From positions 1-53,602 of the IMG/VR virus record IMGVR_UViG_3300021964_000094: a stretch of DNA of 53,602 nucleotides. One strand, written 5' to 3'. Under the pieces are notes generated by a model. The model had not been told where the DNA came from, did no database searches, and saw only the letters and a list, made by a program, of their open reading frames with translations. The position numbers were made by a program, and so were the translations under genes. Shown here in pieces: positions 37,044-46,000 of the stretch; position 1 is the stretch's first letter, and every line of letters begins with the position of its first letter. This DNA is from a virus (taxonomy: Duplodnaviria; Caudoviricetes).

Positions 37044-38144
37044 ATGATTGATATTGTTAAACAACTGTTCGAAAACGATGTGATTTCCGAGGAAATGAAA
37101 TCGGAAATTGAATCTGCTTGGTCAAGCAAGATTCAAGAAAACCGTGACCTAGTCACCGCAGAACTTCGTGAAGAATTTGCTCAAAAGTACGAGCATGATA
37201 AGTCTACAATGGTAGAAGCTGTTGATAAGATGGTAAGTCAAAGACTACAGTCTGAGTTAGTTGAACTAGCAGAAGACCGTAACCAACTTATTGAAGCTAA
37301 AGCCAAGTATGCGAAAAAGATGACTGAAGACGCTAAGAAAATGGAAGGATTCGTCCTACAAAAATTAGCATCTGAGCTATCTGAGCTACACGAAGATCGT
37401 AAAAACGTAGCGGCAAATTTTGCTAAAATGGAGAGCTTCATCGTTGATGCGCTTTCTAAAGAAATTGCTGAATTCCACGCTGACAAGAAAGACTTAGCAG
37501 AAACTAAAGTTAAACTTGTACGTGAAAGCAAAGCAAAATTTGAAAAAGTCAAGTCAGATTTTATTGGTAAATCAGCTAAATTAGTTGAAGGCGTTGTTAA
37601 GTCTAAACTAAATTCTGAAATTAGCCAATTAAAAGAAGACATTGAGTCTGCTCGTAGAAATGATTTTGGTCGCAGAATTTTTGAATCATTCGCAAGCGAA
37701 TATGCTTCAAGTCATTTAAATGAAAAATCTGAAACTGCTAAACTAATGAAAGTTGTTAAGCAGGCAACAGATGAGTTGGCTGAAGCACAAAAAGAAATTG
37801 CTAAGAAGCAAGAAATTGTAGAAAGCAAAGACCGTGAGATCCGTATTGCTCAGGATATGGCATCACGTAAAGACATTATGAGCGAACTATTAAATCCGCT
37901 TACTGGAGAGAAAAAATCAGTAATGAATGAGCTACTTGAAAGTGTTAACACTAACAAGTTGCACGCGGCATTTGAAAAGTACTTGCCAGCTGTTATGGCA
38001 GGCGATGCTCCAAAGGCAAAGGCAAAACTGGTAGAAGGCAAAGAAGTTACAGGCGATAAAGAAACACAGGCACAAGCAAACAGCAGTGAGGATAAAACTG
38101 CTGCAATATATGACATCCGCAAGCTCGCGGGACTTAAAGTTTAA
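37044..38144 (+). CDS. gp22: Prohead scaffolding (core) protein
   Basis: Coiled-coil 366-aa protein between gp21 and gp23; FGRRIFESF and C-terminal IRKLAGL. Confidence 0.85.
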   Translation: MIDIVKQLFENDVISEEMKSEIESAWSSKIQENRDLVTAELREEFAQKYEHDKSTMVEAVDKMVSQRLQSELVELAEDRNQLIEAKAKYAKKMTEDAKKMEGFVLQKLASELSELHEDRKNVAANFAKMESFIVDALSKEIAEFHADKKDLAETKVKLVRESKAKFEKVKSDFIGKSAKLVEGVVKSKLNSEISQLKEDIESARRNDFGRRIFESFASEYASSHLNEKSETAKLMKVVKQATDELAEAQKEIAKKQEIVESKDREIRIAQDMASRKDIMSELLNPLTGEKKSVMNELLESVNTNKLHAAFEKYLPAVMAGDAPKAKAKLVEGKEVTGDKETQAQANSSEDKTAAIYDIRKLAGLKV

Positions 38145-38156
38145 GGAGATAAAATT

Positions 38157-39329
38157 ATGTCAGAACTACTCGAGTCACGCTGGCAGGAAACCAAAGGCGC
38201 TCTACTAGAAGGCCTTAATGGAACTCGCAAATCAGTTATGGACGTAACTCTTGAGAATACCAAAAGGTATTTGTCAGAGAGTGCTACAGCTGGTGCTACT
38301 TCTGCCGGTAACGTTGCTACCCTAAATCGTGTGATCCTACCTGTGATCAGACGTGTAATGCCAACAGTCATTGCTAATGAACTAGTTGGTGTACAACCAA
38401 TGACAGGTCCAGTTGGACAAATCCACACTCTACGTGTTCGCTATGCGAGTACAGATAGCGGTGCTGGTGTAACAGCTGGTGAAGAGGCGTTAAGCCCATT
38501 CAAGATTGCGGCTGCCTACTCAGGTAACTCTGCAGATCCAGCTAAAGGTGGCTCAACAGCTTCTTTAGAAGGTGAAGCAGGTAACAAGATGTCAATCCAG
38601 ATCTTGAAGCAAACTGTCGAAGCAAAAACCAGAAAGCTATCAGCTCGCTGGACTTTTGAAGCGGCTCAGGATGCTCAAGCTCAACAAGGTATTGATATCG
38701 AAGCTGAGATTATGGCTGCATTGGCTCAAGAAATTACTGCTGAAATTGATCAGGAAGTAATTAACAGCCTACGTGATCTTGCTGGAACTGGTTCAGAAAC
38801 ATATGACCAGTCTGCGGTATCAGGTACTGCTACATTTGTTGGTGATGAACATGCTGCACTAGCTGTTCTAATTAACAGACAAGCAAACCTAATCGCTCAG
38901 CGTACACGTCGTGGCGCAGGTAACTACGCAGTAGTTTCACCGTTCGCGCTAACAATCCTTCAAAGTGCTACAACTTCAGCGTTCGCAAGAACAACTGAAG
39001 GTACTTTCGAAGCTCCAACTAACACTAAGATGGTTGGTACTTTGAATAACGCTATGAAGGTATATGTAGACAGCTATGCTGCAAATGACGCACCTGTTCT
39101 TATTGGTTACAAAGGATCAAGTGAATCAGACGCACCTGCGTTCTACTGCCCATACATTCCGTTAATGAGCAGTGGCGTAGTGTTAGACCCAGGCACATTT
39201 GAGCCTGTAGTTTCGTTCATGACTAGATATGGATATGTTGAGTTAACAAACACAGCATCATCTCTAGGTAATGCTGCAGACTACTTGGCACGTGTTGAAG
39301 TCACAGACACAAGCGTATCATTTAAGTAA
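38157..39329 (+). CDS. gp23: Major capsid protein
   Basis: VGVQPMTGPVGQIHTLR, VEAKTRKLSARWTFEAAQD, EITAEIDQE, FYCPYIPL, FMTRYG. Confidence 0.97.
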   Translation: MSELLESRWQETKGALLEGLNGTRKSVMDVTLENTKRYLSESATAGATSAGNVATLNRVILPVIRRVMPTVIANELVGVQPMTGPVGQIHTLRVRYASTDSGAGVTAGEEALSPFKIAAAYSGNSADPAKGGSTASLEGEAGNKMSIQILKQTVEAKTRKLSARWTFEAAQDAQAQQGIDIEAEIMAALAQEITAEIDQEVINSLRDLAGTGSETYDQSAVSGTATFVGDEHAALAVLINRQANLIAQRTRRGAGNYAVVSPFALTILQSATTSAFARTTEGTFEAPTNTKMVGTLNNAMKVYVDSYAANDAPVLIGYKGSSESDAPAFYCPYIPLMSSGVVLDPGTFEPVVSFMTRYGYVELTNTASSLGNAADYLARVEVTDTSVSFK

Positions 39330-39347
39330 TTTAATTACTTTAATACT

Positions 39348-39375
39348 AAAGGCCCAGTTCGCTGGGCCTTTTTTT
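39348..39375 (+). terminator. Rho-independent terminator after gp23
   Basis: AAAGGCCCAG-TTCG-CTGGGCCTTT followed by a T run. Confidence 0.9.
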
Positions 39376-39380
39376 ATGAC

Positions 39381-39409
39381 TTGACAATCTTGTCAAATTA
39401 GTATAATAT
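39381..39409 (+). promoter_or_regulatory. sigma70 promoter with overlapping palindrome
   Basis: TTGACA (39381-86) with TATAAT at 15-nt or TAATAT at 17-nt spacing; TTGACAA-TC-TTGTCAA inverted repeat at 39381-39396. Confidence 0.7.
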
Positions 39410-39417
39410 ATACAAGT

Positions 39418-39690
39418 ATGCTAGAAGTTAAGACATGGGAAGACTTTCAAAAACTAAGAGAGCAATTTTCTACTTGGCGTAGAAGACATCCTATGTTTTC
39501 TCATGATGTTAAAGCTATAGAAAAAAGTATAGAAGTACATATGAAAGCTCATATGGATCACATCATCAAATACAAACAGTCAAGAAAAAAACAAAATCTA
39601 GTTAATGCTCAACACGAACTAGATCAAATCAATAAAATACTCAATACAGTAAGTAAAGTAGAATTAATGGCAATCTTATCGCAAAGATAA
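39418..39690 (+). CDS. Hypothetical helical protein (90 aa)
   Basis: ORF fills the gap between the gp23 terminator and the next late promoter; has its own sigma70 promoter and no SD. Confidence 0.65.
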   Translation: MLEVKTWEDFQKLREQFSTWRRRHPMFSHDVKAIEKSIEVHMKAHMDHIIKYKQSRKKQNLVNAQHELDQINKILNTVSKVELMAILSQR

Positions 39691-39693
39691 ATA
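39688..39693 (+). promoter_or_regulatory. Late promoter
   Basis: TAAATA overlapping the stop of the 90-aa ORF. Confidence 0.65.
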
Positions 39694-39698
39694 CATGT

Positions 39699-39775
39699 GT
39701 CAGATAGTGTACCACCAAAGGTGGTGGGCTTATGCTGTTACCCACAGCGTACCGGATAGAACCCGGATAGGACTA
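39699..39775 (+). ncRNA. Candidate structured 5' leader (multi-stem junction)
   Basis: ACCACC-AAA-GGTGGT (39711-25), TATGCTGT/ACAGCGTA (39731-38/39744-51, one G-U), CCGG/CCGG (39752-55/39763-66), closed by TAGT/ACTA (39705-08/39772-75). Confidence 0.55.
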
Positions 39776-39794
39776 CTTTTATAGGAGAAAACAA

Positions 39795-40244
39795 ATGGGA
39801 AGACCACTTAACAAAAAATTCTTTGGACCACCTACATTGGGTGGAAATGAAATCAAATGTGATTTCTGGGGCACAGCAGGTGTGCTTGAAGGTTACATTG
39901 TAAAACAGCTAGGATCTAAAAAATTCCGTGTTGCCGCTATCGGAACACCAGGAACTACTTATGATCGTTATCTAACAACAGGTAAATTAGCATCAGCACT
40001 AACAGGTACTGAAATGGCAATTACTATGTTAATGGATGATTCAGAAACATACCAAGTTTCAAAAATCGCAGGACGTAGAGCAACATTGATTGCTCCAGAT
40101 GGCACAGGTTCTAATGCTTATGATGGCAAAAGTGTACCATGGAACTTTGCGGCTGATACTGGCGACGGTGCTGCACAAGTTGAAGAAGCTGGTGACGACG
40201 ATACATTGATCGGCACAGACGACGACGATTTTGCTAACGCATAA
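39795..40244 (+). CDS. Virion structural protein (149 aa)
   Basis: MGRPLNKKFFG...GYIVKQLGSKKF.V; strong SD; first gene after a late promoter. Confidence 0.6.
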   Translation: MGRPLNKKFFGPPTLGGNEIKCDFWGTAGVLEGYIVKQLGSKKFRVAAIGTPGTTYDRYLTTGKLASALTGTEMAITMLMDDSETYQVSKIAGRRATLIAPDGTGSNAYDGKSVPWNFAADTGDGAAQVEEAGDDDTLIGTDDDDFANA

Positions 40245-40268
40245 TCGTTAAACTAACAGGAATCAAGC

Positions 40269-41807
40269 ATGGCTGAAATACTACAAACCAGTAACGATTA
40301 TAAGATTAAAACTAGATCTGGAGGAGAAATTACTCTAGATGTTGGACCGTCTTCCGGTTCTGGAGTTGTACGTGTAACAGCCAGCTTGATTGTTGAAGGT
40401 CAAACTACAACTGTTAACTCGCAAGAGTTAGCAGTACAGGATAATATGATTACACTAAATGCCGGAGAAACCGGCAATGGTGTAACATTAAACGTAAGTG
40501 GATTAGAAGTTGATAGAGGATTTTCAGCACCAAGCGCAAGAAATCCTTATGCTGTTTTTAGATTTAACGAAACAGATAATTCATGGGAAATTGTTGAAAG
40601 AGATACTTCATCTAGATTTAATAATAGTGCGTTAAGATTAAAAAGTATCTTAACAGACAGTTTTACAGATGGTGGAGATTTAACATTAATTGGTTCAGGA
40701 TCGGGTGTTGTTAAAGTTGACGGAACAGTAGACTATCATTTAAATGTTTCCGGCGACAACGATATTCCAAACAAGAAATATGTTGATGTTGCTATTAATA
40801 ATAGACAACCAAGTAATAAAATTGAAAGAGACGATACGTATGTTATTGCTCAAGACGTAGATGGCGGAGCACAAGGTTTTGCTATTATGCATCTTGGTAC
40901 TTCGGTTATTAACTCGAGAGGTTTAGGATACGCAGTAGGTGATGAGTTAATTATTAACGAAGGTACTAGAGTAAGAGATGCTAAGTTCCAAGTTGATACT
41001 ATTGACGCACAAGGTAGAATTTTAACAGTTATTATGACTGACCATGGTAGATTCTCAGCACTGCCGACATCAAGAATTAATGTACAAACAATTACAAACA
41101 GTTTAGGCGGAACTGGTGCGACATTTGATTTACTTTATAATGTTGCTGAAATTGAATTAACAAACCGCGGTAGCGATTATGCCAGCGTTACAGTAAATTT
41201 TGTAGACAACGGCGGACAGGTTCGCGTTGCTACTGCTACAGCAACTATTGATTTAAATCCTAACAGCAACACGTTTAGACAAATTGATACTATCACAGTA
41301 ACAGACGGTGGTAACTATCAAGACATTCCGGGAGTTACATTCTCAGCAGGATTAAATGCTTCACTACCTGAAAGTCAGGTACAAGTTGTTGTTGAAAATA
41401 ATCCAGTTGCTACTTTTTATTCGAATAGATCGCTATTTGGTGAATTAGAAATTCTTGGTAATACAATTACTAATAATAACACAAACAGTAATATTGTATT
41501 AAGAACACAAGGTACTGCTTCGGTCGAGATACCTAGAGCACTACAATATAACTTTACAGGCGAAGTAGTTCCATACATTTCAGGTGCTACTTTAATGTAT
41601 GGTGACATGGACGAATCTGTTTCAGCGGAACGTACACCAGGTGGAACTGGACTTTATTTTAATAACTCTAAACAGACACTATCGTGGCAAGAATGGGTAA
41701 CTAATAACCCAGATCCAAATATTACAACAGGTAATCTTGTTCAGTATCCGGCTGAAAATGAATTGATAAGTAAACAACGAGCACTAGCATTTAGTATGCT
41801 GTTTTAG
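40269..41807 (+). CDS. Virion structural/fibre-associated protein
   Basis: L.V.GQTTTVNS..LAVQDNMITLN.GE...GLEVDRG fibre-type motif, IPNKKYVD, internal G-x-Y repeats, C-terminal ELISKQRALAFSMLF. Confidence 0.65.
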   Translation: MAEILQTSNDYKIKTRSGGEITLDVGPSSGSGVVRVTASLIVEGQTTTVNSQELAVQDNMITLNAGETGNGVTLNVSGLEVDRGFSAPSARNPYAVFRFNETDNSWEIVERDTSSRFNNSALRLKSILTDSFTDGGDLTLIGSGSGVVKVDGTVDYHLNVSGDNDIPNKKYVDVAINNRQPSNKIERDDTYVIAQDVDGGAQGFAIMHLGTSVINSRGLGYAVGDELIINEGTRVRDAKFQVDTIDAQGRILTVIMTDHGRFSALPTSRINVQTITNSLGGTGATFDLLYNVAEIELTNRGSDYASVTVNFVDNGGQVRVATATATIDLNPNSNTFRQIDTITVTDGGNYQDIPGVTFSAGLNASLPESQVQVVVENNPVATFYSNRSLFGELEILGNTITNNNTNSNIVLRTQGTASVEIPRALQYNFTGEVVPYISGATLMYGDMDESVSAERTPGGTGLYFNNSKQTLSWQEWVTNNPDPNITTGNLVQYPAENELISKQRALAFSMLF

Positions 41808-41816
41808 GATAAAAAA

Positions 41817-42188
41817 ATGATTGAAAATAAACAACTTACAGTAGATATTGAACCGATTTATACTTCACCAGGAACGCCGGGAGATGTAAACGTTCAAAGT
41901 GCTATTACAACATTAATTTTCTGTAATACTACTGACCCAGATGATTCTACTATCGCACCTAGTTCTGGTGCTTACGGCGGTGATACAAATATTGATGTTT
42001 ATTTGGTAAAGGCAGGAGCAACTCCTGACCCAACAGTAAACGCAATTATTAAAAATTTAAGAGTACCAGCAGGCGAAACAGTATTTTTTGATACAGAAAG
42101 AATTGTATTAGGAGCAGGCGAAAGTATTCAAGCAAGATCAACAGAAAACAACAAAGTAATCGCAACAGTTAGTATTTTACCGGTGTAA
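41817..42188 (+). CDS. Small virion structural protein
   Basis: AITTLIFCN...VPAGETVFFDTERIVLGAGESI; beta-rich; within the structural operon. Confidence 0.6.
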   Translation: MIENKQLTVDIEPIYTSPGTPGDVNVQSAITTLIFCNTTDPDDSTIAPSSGAYGGDTNIDVYLVKAGATPDPTVNAIIKNLRVPAGETVFFDTERIVLGAGESIQARSTENNKVIATVSILPV

Positions 42189-42191
42189 AGA

Positions 42192-43049
42192 ATGAAATAT
42201 TTAAAAACGCAGAACTTGTCAAAATTTAATATACAGGATGATACATTTAAGATTTCTCATCCTTTTGGTCAAGTGACAATTAATTCAAAAGATAGTATGC
42301 TTTTACCTAAGGGTGAAATACAAGACAGAACTTATTATCCTTTTGAAGGAATGGTGCGTTATACTACTAACGACACTTCACAACACGAAATAGCAGACAT
42401 TGCTCAACATTATCCTAATGTTGCTATTGGTTTAGAAATTTATCATGAAGGTCGTTGGATTCCTATTCGTTCAGCTGAACCAGCAAGAATTATAAAACAA
42501 AACTTAGGTGTTGGTAACTATGATGTAGTTACACAGCCAGTAGAAGAATTAAGTCAATATTTTCCTACATACGATGCTACAAGAAATCACACAGGAATGA
42601 CATACGTTCCCGGTTTAGCACACGGAAAAGACCCACAGGATTATATTGATAATATGATTGTTGTAGTTGAAAACGTTATTCAAATTAGCGGTGTTAACTA
42701 TGAACTTTATCAATCACAAGGCGAAATTGTTGGAATGGCAATTACCTCAGCAGGATCAAGTGATCATACAACAATGTCAATTAGTGTTAGTACTTCAGAC
42801 TCAACAGGTGCTGGCGGAACATTTACTGCTAACCTTGACGGCTCCCCCGGTTCACTAGACAGTGTAACTGTCACCGATGGTGGTACTGGTTTTAACGATG
42901 CTTCATTAATTACAGTCACAGCAACAGGCGACGGAACAACAGATCCTACATTAGAAGCCTATGTACTACAGCCTGGCTGGCATTTAAAATTATTAAGTGC
43001 TGTACCAGACACTAAGCCAGTATACGTATTTTTCGGCTACGATCAATAA
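42192..43049 (+). CDS. Virion structural protein
   Basis: LLPKG...R....GMVRY, IIKQNLG.G, VVVENVIQI motifs shared with fibre-type modules. Confidence 0.6.
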   Translation: MKYLKTQNLSKFNIQDDTFKISHPFGQVTINSKDSMLLPKGEIQDRTYYPFEGMVRYTTNDTSQHEIADIAQHYPNVAIGLEIYHEGRWIPIRSAEPARIIKQNLGVGNYDVVTQPVEELSQYFPTYDATRNHTGMTYVPGLAHGKDPQDYIDNMIVVVENVIQISGVNYELYQSQGEIVGMAITSAGSSDHTTMSISVSTSDSTGAGGTFTANLDGSPGSLDSVTVTDGGTGFNDASLITVTATGDGTTDPTLEAYVLQPGWHLKLLSAVPDTKPVYVFFGYDQ

Positions 43050-43056
43050 ACCTTCC

Positions 43057-43084
43057 TTCCTTACAATAAATACAGTGTAAGGAG
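43057..43084 (+). promoter_or_regulatory. Late promoter inside an SD-sequestering hairpin
   Basis: TTCCTTACA (43057-65) pairs with TGTAAGGAG (43076-84, contains the SD); the loop contains TAAATA (43067-72). Confidence 0.75.
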
Positions 43085-43090
43085 CATTTC

Positions 43091-46000
43091 ATGTCTACAT
43101 TAGGGCGAATATCAGGACAGATGTTAAAAGCCAACCTCGAGCGTAGTGGGGTTGATTTAGCATTTGAAAACGATCTTTTATATCTCGATGTCAATAACGG
43201 CAAAGTGGGTATTAATACGAGTATCGTTCCTAGAGACTTAACAATTGACGGAACTTCTCTTACAACTGATCTAATTGTTGACACAGGATTTTTACAAGTT
43301 GTTGATACTGTTATTGACGGATCTACAGGAAATATAACAACAGTCGGAAATCAGCCAGTCACTATAAACGCACATTCAGGTAACGTAGATATTTCATCTT
43401 TGACTGTTAATAGTCTGTTTTTTGAAAATAGCACAATACAAACAAACGAATCAAATACTAACTTAGAAATAAGAGTAAACGGCTCTGGACGAATTGAATT
43501 TGGTACAGACGATAGTGCGTTTACAGATGTGTTGATGAGACAAAATTTACATGCTGTTGGAGATGTTACACTAGACGGAAATATTTCTTTTGGCGATAGC
43601 AGTGTTGAAGATACACTATCTGTATACGGTAAAATACATTCTGATATAATGCCATCTGTAACAGATCTATATAATATAGGTTCGCCTACAGAAAAATGGA
43701 AAGAAGTTCATTCTAGAACAATCAACGGTGAGTTTTTAGTTACAACTGATTTCGGCGTTCCGGGTATTACAACAATTAGCGCAAGGCCAGGTAATACTTG
43801 GTATGTAAGTACAGTAGAAGGTGATGATACTAATGTTGGTGATCATCAGATGGGCCCTTTTAAAACTATCAAACATGCTCTAAGCCAAGCAACTGTTGGA
43901 GACACTGTTTATATCTATGCTGGCGATTACGAGGAATTTTTTCCTTTGACTGTGCCAAAGGGTGTAACTGTACAAGGAGAAGGAATACGTTCTGTAAAAG
44001 TTTATCCTCATACAAGTCACAATGATAAAGATGCTTTTTTATTAAACGGTGAAACTACTGTTGAAAATTTGACGGTATCCGACTTTTATTATAATAGTAC
44101 AAATGATACAGGATATGCTTTTCGCTTTGCTAATAATTTACAAGTTGACGAACGCAGTCCTTATGTAAGAAACATTTCAGTTATAACACGTTCAGACAGC
44201 AGTAACGAAAGTGCTGGCCGAGGCGCCCTAGTCGATGGAAGTGTAGCAACACAATATAGTAAAGAAGCAAGTATGCTATTCCATAGTGTGACATTTATTA
44301 CACCGGGAAGCATTGCTCTTTATATGAAAAATGGTGTACGGGTTGAGTGGTTAAATTCATTTACATATTTTGCTAGTAGAGGCTTTTATGCTCAGAACGG
44401 TGCTTTTGGTAGATTGACACCGGACGGTAGCACTATAAAATATGGTGCTGAGTTACGTTCAATTGGTTCAGCAAACGTGTACGGTATAGTCGGCGCCGAA
44501 GCAGATGGTAATCAGTGTTTAATGTATTTGATACAACACAATTTTGCCTATGTAGGTGCTGGCACAGATGTAGAAAACGATCCTGGTTTTGTTACACAAA
44601 ACACCGAAACAATTGAAGTAAACAGCGGAAAGATTTATTATCAAAGTGTTGATCAATCCGGCGACTTTAGAGTTGGCGAAGCGTTTACAGTAGATCAAAG
44701 TAGCGGATTTATTACAGCAAATGGATTAGGTGGAAACGTAGGCGGTGTAACAAATATCAGTTTCGGTGACGGTGTTAACAATACTGAAATTGATGCTTCA
44801 CAGGTTAGTACAGGAAATATTCAACTTACACAAAATAATGTAAACACTGTCGGCGGAGATTTAAATATTACTCCTTCGAGCGGTAGTACAACGCTGGATA
44901 GTGATGTAGAAATTAGAGACGGTTTAACAGTCGGCGGCGATATGATTGTTAATGGTGCTGTATCGTTTGGCGACAGCAGTCAACAAGGTGGCGGATCGCA
45001 GATCAGTTTTGATGCTCCTATTAGTATTGATCTCGAGCCAACATTTGATGTAACATACAACTTAGGTAATGATGTTGAAAGTTGGAAAACTGTATACACA
45101 AACCGCTATCTAGCCGAAGATATACAATTATTTCAAAATAGAATTACAACCACAAGATCTAGCAGTAACTTAGATTTAGAAGCCGCAGGCACAGGTGTTA
45201 TACAATTTGTTAGTCCTGTTGAAATAACAAACAATCTTTCAACTGGAGATGCTGATTTACAAGATGTTGATATAACTGGCGATCTTATACAAACAGGAAA
45301 TACAACACTAACAGGAAATAAAACTGTAAGTGGAAATTATACACTTAGTGGTTTTTTAAATTTAAATGATGATCTAGTTCCATTTGATGATATTAAAATT
45401 GCTGGTAACAAAATTACAACAACAGAAAGCAATAGTAATCTACAACTAGATGCTAGTGGTACAGGTAAAGTTGTATTTTCTACAGACACTGATATTAGTT
45501 TAAACTTAACAACTGATCAATTAGTTAGTAATGAAATTGATAATACAGGATCTGCTGTTACATCAGATGAATACTTCACAGATGGATTACACATTTTTCA
45601 AGATAACATTGTAGGTACTAGTAATGACAGTATCGATGTAAGAACTACCACAATTAAATTACAAGACGATGTTGATGTAACACAAGATTTACAAGTATCA
45701 GGAACAAGTACATTATTAAACACAACAACAAACGGCACACTTGATGTAACTGGTCCAACTACTCTTGTTGGCGATGCTGAAATACAAAGTACACTTATTG
45801 TAAATGGTGGCAATCTAACAACCAGTGGATTACATTTAGGTAATATTCGAGTTGATACTAATGTTATTACCACAACCGAATCAAACTCAGATCTTGAATT
45901 ACGTGCTAGTGGAACTGGTCGTGTTATTACAAATGAACGTGTGCTAGTTGAAAATACTATTGATGTTAGAGGCGCCCTAGATTTCCAAAGTCTAACAGCA

